NCBI GenBank assembly: GCA_963663545.1
Contig: OY760505.1
Span: forward strand, 2,208,001-2,272,000
Source of the DNA: Candidatus Delongbacteria bacterium
GTDB taxonomy: Bacteria > CAIWAD01
Direction of reading: 5' to 3'
Length of the DNA: 64,000 nucleotides
Shown here: piece after piece, positions 56,344-64,000 of the stretch
Numbering within the stretch: the stretch's first letter is position 1
Layout of the letters: every line of letters starts with the position of its first letter
The notes under the pieces: model-generated
The model's input: the letters and a program-made list of their open reading frames with translations, nothing else
Database searches by the model: none
What the model was told of the DNA's origin: nothing
Made by a program: the position numbers and the translations under genes

Positions 56344-59331
56344 TTACTCGCCCTTGCCGTGACACTGCTTGTACTTTTTGCCACTGCCACAGGGGCAGGG
56401 ATCGTTGCGACCGATGCGCGGACTTTCGCGGCGAACGGGCTGCGCGGCCTGTTGCTTGGCGACTTCTCGCTCTTCGCGACTTGTGGTGGGAGGCGCAGCG
56501 GCACCGCTGGAATGGAGCATATTCAGCTCCTGATGGCTGGCCTGGCCCCTGGGAGCCTGACCGCGCAGTTCCACATCCTCCTGCTTCAGCTCCACCTGCG
56601 CACGCAGAATGAGCTGAATGGCGTCCTCGAAAATGCTGATCAGCATGTCGCGGAACATGCCCAGACCCTGGCGCTTGTACTCGGTCAGCGGATTCTTTTG
56701 CGCATAGGCCTGGAAGCCGATGCCCGCTTTCAGGTCGTCCATTTCCGCCAGGTGACGACGCCAGTTGCGATCGGTGGCGGTGATAATGGCGAAGCGCTCG
56801 AGACGGTGCAGCAGGTCCTCGCCCAGGATCTCGGCCTTGCGCTCGTAGTTGGCGATGGTTTCCTGCTCGATGATCTCGATCAGCTCGTCCTGCGTAATCG
56901 AGCGCTCCTGACCCGGCGCCAAGCTAAGGTTGACCACCAGCAGGCGCATCAAGTCCTGGCGTAGCGCGGTCCAGGACCATTCGTCGGGACTGCCAGCCGG
57001 GTTGCAGTGGCGGTGCACCAGCGCGTCGGCCACATCGGCGATCATCACCCGCACGTGCTCGCTCTGGTTCTCGCCCTGCAGCGCGCTCTGGCGGCGGGCA
57101 TAGATTGTATTACGCTGGCTGTTGAGCACATCGTCGTATTCAATCAGGTGGCGGCGAATGGCGTAGTTCTGCTCTTCCACCCGCTTCTGCGCCTTCTCGA
57201 TGGAGTTGGTGATCATGCCGTGCGTAATCACCTCGCCTTCCTTCAGGCCCAGGCGGTCCATTACGCCCGCAATGCGCTCGCTGCCGAAGAGGCGCATCAG
57301 GTCGTCTTCCAGACTCAGGAAGAAGACCGACTCACCGGGATCGCCCTGGCGACCGGAACGGCCACGCAGCTGCAAATCGATGCGCCGTGATTCATGGCGC
57401 TCCGTACCCAGGATGAAAAGACCGCCTTCGGGACCGTTGGGACCCTGATGTATCACGCCTTCGCCCAGCTTGATGTCCGTGCCGCGACCGGCCATGTTGG
57501 TGGCAATGGTTACAGCGCCCGGCTGTCCAGCGTTGGCCACGGTCTCGGCCTCGCGTTGGTGCTGCTTGGCGTTGAGCACATTGTGCGGCACCTTGGCCTG
57601 GGTCAGCAGACGCGAGATGATTTCGCTGACTTCCACGCTGATGGTTCCGACGAGCACCGGCTGCTTCTTCTCGTGCAGTTCGGCGATCTTCTCGACGATG
57701 GCCGCGTACTTCTCTTTTTTGGTGCGGTAGATCAGATCGTTGCGATCCATTCGTATCACGGGATCGTTGGTCGGAATCTCGCAGACCTCGAGCTTGTAGA
57801 TGTCCCAGAACTCGCCAGCTTCTGTCGCGGCCGTTCCGGTCATACCCGCCAGGCTGCGGTAGCTGCGGAAGAAGTTCTGCAGCGTGATACTCGCCACCGT
57901 CTGTGTCTCACGCTCAATGGCGACGCCTTCCTTGGCTTCCAGCGCCTGGTGCAGACCGTCGGAGAAGCGACGTCCGTGTAACACGCGGCCGGTGTATTCA
58001 TCAACGATCTGGACCTTGTTGTCCTGCACCACGTACTCCACATCCTTCTCGTAGAGCGTGTAGGCGCGCAGGAGCTGGCTGATATTGTGAATGCGCTCGC
58101 TGCGATCCGAATAGCTGCTGTTCAGCTCATCGGCCAAGCGCAGGCGCTCTTCTTCACTCAGGTCGTGACGCTCCTGAATCTTGACGATCTCGGTGCTCAG
58201 ATCGGGCAGCACAAACATGTCTTCGCTCTGGCCCGTGTACTGGGCGAGCTTGTGGCGGCCGTTGTCCTGCAGGTCGATGATGTGATTGCGCTCGTCGATG
58301 CTGAAGAAGAGCTCCTGATCCAGCAGGTGCATATTCTTCTCGCGCAGGCGATCGTTCTCAACGCGCGTGATCAGGCGCTTGATGCCCTCTTCCTTGATGA
58401 TCTCGATGAACTCGGGCAGCTTGGGCATGGAATGCTGCGCCTGCAAAAGCAGAACGCCAACCTGGTACTGGTCCTCTTCCTTCTCGCTCTCCATCAGCTT
58501 GCGTGCCTGGGTAACGAGATCGCGCGTCTGCTTCTGCTGGTCACTGACGAGGCGCTTCACCGGATCCTTGAGCTCGCCGAATTTATGGGTGGATTTCTCC
58601 ACCGGGCCGGCGATGATCAACGGCGTACGGGCTTCATCAATCAACACCGAGTCGCACTCGTCGACGATGACGTAGTTGAAGCCGCGCTGGACCATGTCCT
58701 CCTTGCGCATGACCATGTTGTCGCGCAGGAAGTCGAAGCCGAACTGGGAGTTGGTTCCGTAGGTGATGTCGCACGCGTAGTTCTGCTGGCGCTTGTCGGC
58801 GTCCATGTTGGAGGTGATCACGCCGGCGGTCAGGCCAAGGTAGTTGTACAGCAGGCCCATCCACTGGGCGTCGCGCTCGGCCAGGTAGTCGTTGACGGTC
58901 ACCAGGTGTGCGCTCTTGCCGCTCAGCGCGTTCAAGTACAGCGGCATGGTGGCGACCAGGGTCTTTCCTTCACCAGTGGCCATTTCGGCAACCATTCCGC
59001 GGAAGAGGGCGATGGCGCCGATCAGCTGCACATCGTAAGGCACCATGTTCCACACCAGCTCGCGGCCGGTAACGGTAAACGTGGTGCCCACCAGACGACG
59101 GCAGGCTTCCTTGACAACGGCGAAGGCCTCGTACATCAGGTCGGCTTCGGTTTCGCCATTGGCCAGGCGGGTGCGGAACTCGTCCGTTTTGCCCTTCAGT
59201 TCATCTTCGCTAAGGCCTTCGAGTTGCTTCCACAACTCGTTGATGCGATCGATGTCCGCCTTGTACTTTGCGATCGTGGCGGCGCGACGATCACTCTTCT
59301 TGCCGAAAATGCCCTTGAGAAAACTCAGCAT
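56344..59331 (-). CDS. secA: Preprotein translocase ATPase SecA
   Basis: [54 protein letters not shown]-terminal [19 protein letters not shown]. Confidence 0.98.
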   Translation of the reverse strand: MLSFLKGIFGKKSDRRAATIAKYKADIDRINELWKQLEGLSEDELKGKTDEFRTRLANGETEADLMYEAFAVVKEACRRLVGTTFTVTGRELVWNMVPYDVQLIGAIALFRGMVAEMATGEGKTLVATMPLYLNALSGKSAHLVTVNDYLAERDAQWMGLLYNYLGLTAGVITSNMDADKRQQNYACDITYGTNSQFGFDFLRDNMVMRKEDMVQRGFNYVIVDECDSVLIDEARTPLIIAGPVEKSTHKFGELKDPVKRLVSDQQKQTRDLVTQARKLMESEKEEDQYQVGVLLLQAQHSMPKLPEFIEIIKEEGIKRLITRVENDRLREKNMHLLDQELFFSIDERNHIIDLQDNGRHKLAQYTGQSEDMFVLPDLSTEIVKIQERHDLSEEERLRLADELNSSYSDRSERIHNISQLLRAYTLYEKDVEYVVQDNKVQIVDEYTGRVLHGRRFSDGLHQALEAKEGVAIERETQTVASITLQNFFRSYRSLAGMTGTAATEAGEFWDIYKLEVCEIPTNDPVIRMDRNDLIYRTKKEKYAAIVEKIAELHEKKQPVLVGTISVEVSEIISRLLTQAKVPHNVLNAKQHQREAETVANAGQPGAVTIATNMAGRGTDIKLGEGVIHQGPNGPEGGLFILGTERHESRRIDLQLRGRSGRQGDPGESVFFLSLEDDLMRLFGSERIAGVMDRLGLKEGEVITHGMITNSIEKAQKRVEEQNYAIRRHLIEYDDVLNSQRNTIYARRQSALQGENQSEHVRVMIADVADALVHRHCNPAGSPDEWSWTALRQDLMRLLVVNLSLAPGQERSITQDELIEIIEQETIANYERKAEILGEDLLHRLERFAIITATDRNWRRHLAEMDDLKAGIGFQAYAQKNPLTEYKRQGLGMFRDMLISIFEDAIQLILRAQVELKQEDVELRGQAPRGQASHQELNMLHSSGAAAPPTTSREEREVAKQQAAQPVRRESPRIGRNDPCPCGSGKKYKQCHGKGE

Positions 59332-59694
59332 AGACCTTCACCTTGTTTGCGACAGCTTCCGGAGCGTGTGCTTCATGCAGTCAAACCGCTGGCCGGAGCA
59401 CAGAACAACAATAGTAAGAAAGGGTCTCCATAGATGTGAATGTACGCGAAAGCTGTTGTGCCTCTCCTGTAGCGCGTATTACAGGTGTTTCGAGGTTGCC
59501 ATCGTGCGAACTGCAGGGAGATCCAGCGAAAGAGCGCGGAACGAAAGGCGGCTCAACGCACGAAATCAGCACTTCGTTCCCGCTCGCCTTCGAGCTCGTG
59601 TTGTCCCGACAGGGGACAATTGCAAACTTCGATCACCAAAACGACAAGCCTGGCCCGCAGCCGGGTGCAACTCCTAGTCCACTGGAGACCCATC

Positions 59695-60927
59695 ATGTCC
59701 GATCTGAAATACGGTTCCGTCAGCTCCGCCAAGGCCATGGAGCTGGAAGAGCGCCACGGCGCGCACAATTATCATCCTCTGCCGGTCGTGCTGGCTCGCG
59801 GCGAAGGCGTGTACGTCTGGGATCCCGAAGGCAAGCGCTACTACGATTTCCTGTCGGCCTACAGCGCAGTGAACCAGGGCCATTGCCATCCGCGCATCGT
59901 CAAGGCCATGTGCGAGCAGGCCCAGGTGCTGACGCTGACCAGTCGCGCTTTCTTCAACAATGTGTTGGGCGAGTACGAGAAGTTCATCACCGAGTATTTC
60001 GGCTTCGAGATGGTGCTGCCGATGAACTCCGGCGTTGAGGGCGACGAGACCGCTTGCAAGCTTGCGCGCAAGTGGGGCTACGTCAAGAAGGGCATTCCCG
60101 CGAACCAGGCCAAGATCATTGTGGCAGAGGGTAACTTCCACGGCCGCACCATGGGCATCATTTCCGCCTCCACCGATCCGGATTGCACCGAGGGCTTCGG
60201 CCCCTTCCTGCCCGGCTTCATCAAGATTCCCTACAACGATCTGGACGCGCTGCGCGCAGCAGCCCAGGATCCGACCGTGTGTGCTTTCCTGGTGGAGCCC
60301 ATTCAGGGCGAGGCCGGTGTGTTCGTGCCCGACGACGGCTACCTTAGCGGCGTGCGCGAGATCTGCAGCGCGAACAACGTGCTTCTCATCGCCGACGAGG
60401 TGCAGACGGGCATCGCCCGCACAGGTCGTCTGCTGGCGGTGGATCACGAGGACGTGCGCCCCGACATTCTGATTCTGGGCAAGGCGCTTTCCGGCGGTGC
60501 GATGCCGGTGTCCGCTGTGCTGGCCGACAAGGACATCATGCTCTGCATCAAGCCCGGCGAACACGGATCGACCTTCGGCGGCAATCCCCTGGCCTGCAAG
60601 GTGGCTATGGAAGCGCTGAACGTGGTGCGCGATGAGAAGCTGGCGGAGAACGCCGAGCGGCTGGGGAAGATCTTCCGTGAGCGCGTGCGTGCCATTGATC
60701 ACCCAATGATCGGCGAAGTGCGCGGCAAGGGTCTGCTGAACGCGGTCGTGGTGAGCCCAAAGAACGGCAAGACGGCGTGGGACATCTGTGTGGCGCTGAA
60801 GGACAACGGCATGCTGGCCAAGCCCACTCACGACCACATCATTCGCTTCGCGCCGCCCCTGGTGATCACCGAGGAGCAGATTGAAGAGTGCGTCGCCATT
60901 CTGGAGCGTACTTTCAAGCAGTTCTAG
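59695..60927 (+). CDS. rocD: Ornithine--oxo-acid aminotransferase
   Basis: [65 protein letters not shown]. Confidence 0.95.
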   Translation: MSDLKYGSVSSAKAMELEERHGAHNYHPLPVVLARGEGVYVWDPEGKRYYDFLSAYSAVNQGHCHPRIVKAMCEQAQVLTLTSRAFFNNVLGEYEKFITEYFGFEMVLPMNSGVEGDETACKLARKWGYVKKGIPANQAKIIVAEGNFHGRTMGIISASTDPDCTEGFGPFLPGFIKIPYNDLDALRAAAQDPTVCAFLVEPIQGEAGVFVPDDGYLSGVREICSANNVLLIADEVQTGIARTGRLLAVDHEDVRPDILILGKALSGGAMPVSAVLADKDIMLCIKPGEHGSTFGGNPLACKVAMEALNVVRDEKLAENAERLGKIFRERVRAIDHPMIGEVRGKGLLNAVVVSPKNGKTAWDICVALKDNGMLAKPTHDHIIRFAPPLVITEEQIEECVAILERTFKQF

Positions 60928-60957
60928 AACTCTAGAACTCTAGGAATCGTGTGATAC

Positions 60958-60983
60958 AAAGCCCGGCTGGTCCGGGCTTTTTT
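60958..60983 (+). terminator. rocD terminator
   Basis: AAAGCCCGG-CTGGT-CCGGGCTTTTTT. Confidence 0.85.
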
Positions 60984-61000
60984 GGCGATGACCACAATGG

Positions 61001-61022
61001 AAAAGGCCGGCGAATGCCGGCC
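61001..61022 (-). terminator. Flagellin gene terminator
   Basis: GGCCGGC-ATTC-GCCGGCC-TTTT on the minus strand. Confidence 0.7.
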
Positions 61023-61053
61023 CCTTCGTGAATACGAATCAGGAATGGTCTGC

Positions 61054-61908
61054 TTAGCCGATCAGTCCGGCAATCATGCTGGGCACCTGGTTCGCCTGCG
61101 CCTGCATGGCGATACCCGACTGCATCAGGATCTGATTGCGCGTGTAGTTGGACATTTCGGTAGCCACATCGGCGTCGCGAATCGTTGATTCGGACGAGGT
61201 GATGTTCTCACGAGAGATCTGCAGGTTTTGAACCGTCGCCTGCAGACGACTCACGTAGGAGCCGATTCTTGTGCGCTCGGTGTCCTTGGTGTCGATGGCT
61301 AAATCCAACACGTTGATGGCACTCTGGGCGCTGGCTGTGTTGGTCAGGTCCACACCGGTCAAGCCCAGTCCGACGGCCGTCATGTCCGCAAGGTTCACGT
61401 AGTAGTAATCCTCGTTGGACACATTGTAGGTGCCGATGTGGAACTTGATCCCCTGGCCACCAGGACTCGCGGCGCCTTCAGAGTACGTACCGTCAATCAG
61501 ATTCAGCCCGTTGTAGTTCGTCACCTCGGCAATACGAGTGATTTCACTCTTGAGCTGCTGGAATTCCACGTCCAGGTAATTGCGGTCAAGATCAGTCAGC
61601 GTACCGTTCGAGGCTTCGACAGCCAGAGCCCTCATGCGAATCAGTTTTTCGTCGATAACACTGAGGGCACCTTCGGCGGTTGCGAGCATATTGATTGCGT
61701 AGTTGGCGTTGCGCTCGGCTTCCACCATCGAATCAATCTGCGCCCGCATTTTCTCGGACACCGCCAGTCCGGCCGGGTCATCCCAGGCGTAGTTCACCCG
61801 TAGGCCCGAAGAGAGCCTGGTGACTGCCCGGTTGAGCTCGTTATTGGTGTTCGTCAGATTTCTGTGAACTCCAAGGCTGAGCGGGTTTTGCTTGATGCTC
61901 AAGCTCAT
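61054..61908 (-). CDS. fliC: Flagellin (short, 284 aa)
   Basis: RLSSGLRVN...DDPAGLAVSEKMRAQI; SESTIRDADVA.EM...ILMQSG.AM.AQANQ. Confidence 0.95.
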   Translation of the reverse strand: MSLSIKQNPLSLGVHRNLTNTNNELNRAVTRLSSGLRVNYAWDDPAGLAVSEKMRAQIDSMVEAERNANYAINMLATAEGALSVIDEKLIRMRALAVEASNGTLTDLDRNYLDVEFQQLKSEITRIAEVTNYNGLNLIDGTYSEGAASPGGQGIKFHIGTYNVSNEDYYYVNLADMTAVGLGLTGVDLTNTASAQSAINVLDLAIDTKDTERTRIGSYVSRLQATVQNLQISRENITSSESTIRDADVATEMSNYTRNQILMQSGIAMQAQANQVPSMIAGLIG

Positions 61909-62373
61909 AAGTCAATCCCCCTTAATAGGATTCGACCATAACAATTAGATCCACCAGCTCTTTTGCTCTCATACATAAACCAGGATACTCCAGCTTCCCC
62001 ACCATACACACCAAGCGTTCTCCCAAACGGTGCACAGTAGGGCTGCACAAGATTTCGGCTCCTTTCGCCGGGTTCTGCACGAGGGGAAAGCGGTTGCAGC
62101 AAGCGGAAATCGGCAGAATGTGCTCTGCTCAATGATTGTGATACACGCATGATTTGTGAAACATCAATAAAAACATGCTGTAAGAAGGTGTTGCTGCCGG
62201 GCGGCAGAATTTTGTGATACACCGGAAAAAGCTGCTGGCGGGTGCCGTGGGTAGGGTTTGAGTCTGGAAGTTCGCAACTCGGCTTTCCTGCAGGCTTTGT
62301 TTGCTCCGGCGGGGGGCTTTCTTTATTCTGCAGCGGAAGGCAAGACGTTAGCTGCTATAGGGGTACTACCCGT

Positions 62374-63546
62374 ATGAGAAAAAGCCTGTTTCTGGCGCTA
62401 CCCTTTCTGTTGGCCGCATGTGCCGACAACACGGTGGCACCGGGGAGCGTGACTCCCGCTATTGATGGTATTGATTGCACACAGAGCTTCATCGACACCT
62501 GGCCCGAACCCTACGAACTGCGACTGCATGCGCAACTGCCCGATCCCGCAGAACAGGAGTATTCGGCCAGCGTTTTGGTGACACACGTTGATGTTGGTGA
62601 TACGCTGGAATGGACTCTGCTGGACGATGGCGACCTGCTCAGCCTAGGTGAGGGCGTCGATGGTCAGCTGTCTCACAGTGGCGACAATATTCCCGGCGAC
62701 GGCATCTTCACGGCTCTCATCGACCCGGCATTCAGCGAACTCTATGGTGAGTTCACGCTGCTGTTTCGGCTTTCGGGTGATGATGTGCTGTTGGCTTCGC
62801 AGACGCTCGCTGTATCACGCAACAGCAACACGCCGCCATCGATTGACGAGGTGTTGGTGGATTCTGCTTTGGCCAGTGGTGATACATTGGAAGTCAGTGC
62901 CACCATCTCTGATGAAGACGGTCAGGATGACATCGTCGCTGTGTCATTGCTGAATATGCAAACCAGCGTCAGTTGGGAGCTTCTGGCTGATGACAGTCAG
63001 TTCGTCGGCTATGTGGGGCCGGAAATTGCCGCTGGTTGCCAGGGTGTGACACAGTTCCGGTTGGAGGCCTTGGATCACAGCCAAGGTAGCGCCGTGTGGG
63101 ACTTGAACATCGAGTTGGAGAATACGCCGCCTTCGTTGTCAGAAGCCGATTTGGAACTCTACGTCTGGGGTGGAAACAGTAGCTGGGAGCTGTTTGCCGA
63201 TTCCAGTGTGGATACGATGAGGATCGAGATTCCATCCGCAGGCGATATCTTCGTGTTCCAGTTCCGCATGCCAGTGGCTGACGCACAGACGCTGCTGGAT
63301 ATTGAGTTGGCCCAGGTTCTATTCCGTGGCTTGGGAAACGGTACCGCGACGCCGATTCCCGGAAGTTATGAAGGTGATACATATGCCAGTGAGGGCGTGT
63401 ATGAGCTGGGCTTTTCAATTGAAGGCCGCGATCCGGGCAATCCCTTCAACAACATGAGCTACGAGTTGACCTTCAGCGCCACGGATCGTGTGGGCGGCGA
63501 GGCGCAGAGCTTCACGCGCATCATACAACTGTACTTCCCGGAGTAA
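62374..63546 (+). CDS. Acidic beta-rich lipoprotein (choice-of-anchor X-like motif)
   Basis: Lipobox LAAC; LLDDG...GDNIPGDGIFTA. Confidence 0.65.
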   Translation: MRKSLFLALPFLLAACADNTVAPGSVTPAIDGIDCTQSFIDTWPEPYELRLHAQLPDPAEQEYSASVLVTHVDVGDTLEWTLLDDGDLLSLGEGVDGQLSHSGDNIPGDGIFTALIDPAFSELYGEFTLLFRLSGDDVLLASQTLAVSRNSNTPPSIDEVLVDSALASGDTLEVSATISDEDGQDDIVAVSLLNMQTSVSWELLADDSQFVGYVGPEIAAGCQGVTQFRLEALDHSQGSAVWDLNIELENTPPSLSEADLELYVWGGNSSWELFADSSVDTMRIEIPSAGDIFVFQFRMPVADAQTLLDIELAQVLFRGLGNGTATPIPGSYEGDTYASEGVYELGFSIEGRDPGNPFNNMSYELTFSATDRVGGEAQSFTRIIQLYFPE

Positions 63547-63551
63547 TGCGA

Positions 63552-64000
63552 ATGAAGAAGACCAATCTGCTGCTCCTTACCTGCCTGCTGCCAGTATTTG
63601 CCAGCGCAGTAGTGGAGCGTGATACACGGGCCGGTTGCCTGCTGCCTGGCGGATACAACCCTGTGTCTACGTCAGAATCAGAAAGTCCTTACGATGGCAT
63701 GCTGAGCAACAGCGTGACACAGTTTGTCCCCGTCATCGATGGTGATACATTGGTGTTTGTCTCAAACGGATATGGCGTGTTACGATCCGACGATCTTGGG
63801 CGCAGCTTTGTTACCTACACGGATAGCTGTGGCATTCCTCGTGGTGGTGTTAGCGCGCTGGCGGCTAATGCTAGTCTGCTGGTCTGTGCCACTATCATCG
63901 ATACATCCATAGCCGATGTGCAGGGTGCCGGGGGTGGTATTGCCTACAGTCTGGATCACGGTGACAGCTGGACGCTGCTCGATCAACCCCTGGATTGCTT
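63552..64000 (+). CDS. Secreted BNR/Asp-box beta-propeller protein, truncated by window end (not in the ORF track)
   Basis: MKKTNLLLLTCLLPVFASA signal peptide; RSDDLGRSF and YSLDHGDSW Asp-boxes; frame open to the end. Confidence 0.75.
   Translation, partial: MKKTNLLLLTCLLPVFASAVVERDTRAGCLLPGGYNPVSTSESESPYDGMLSNSVTQFVPVIDGDTLVFVSNGYGVLRSDDLGRSFVTYTDSCGIPRGGVSALAANASLLVCATIIDTSIADVQGAGGGIAYSLDHGDSWTLLDQPLDC

Noticed and set aside
60922..60943. TCTAGAAC tandem octamer at the rocD stop
   Set aside because: About 2.5 copies, consistent with a local slippage duplication; no functional evidence

Overview
Bacterial chromosomal window of moderately high GC. It is probably from an FCB-superphylum candidate lineage; this is inferred from several secreted proteins ending in an 'N.PNPFNP.T' FlgD-Ig/T9SS-like sorting domain. 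Core content: tRNA-Sec, a secreted endonuclease I-family nuclease, a PlpD-like patatin/beta-barrel protein, an Opp/Yej-type peptide ABC locus with two binding proteins, a TPR-sigma54 activator, a Ca2+/Na+ antiporter, a ~3720-aa cadherin-like repeat adhesin with dockerin- and cohesin-like modules plus a cohesin-bearing partner, mpl, a partial mannose-type PTS with HPr and EI, a CapA-family protein, an NYN-cold-shock fusion, tRNA-Thr, secA, rocD and a lone flagellin. Two accessory regions sit at tRNA 3' ends. One is an IS256 inserted into a HEPN gene next to selC. The other is a ~44-56 kb island with a beta-1,2-glucanase-like gene, a decayed IS3 and a five-cassette integron array with no visible integrase, where four cassettes look like anti-phage genes and one attC is ~306 bp long. 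Across the window the heptamer GTGATAC/GTATCAC is roughly tenfold over-represented by manual count and absent from the cassette array. All domain calls come from motif recognition by eye; no database searches were run.
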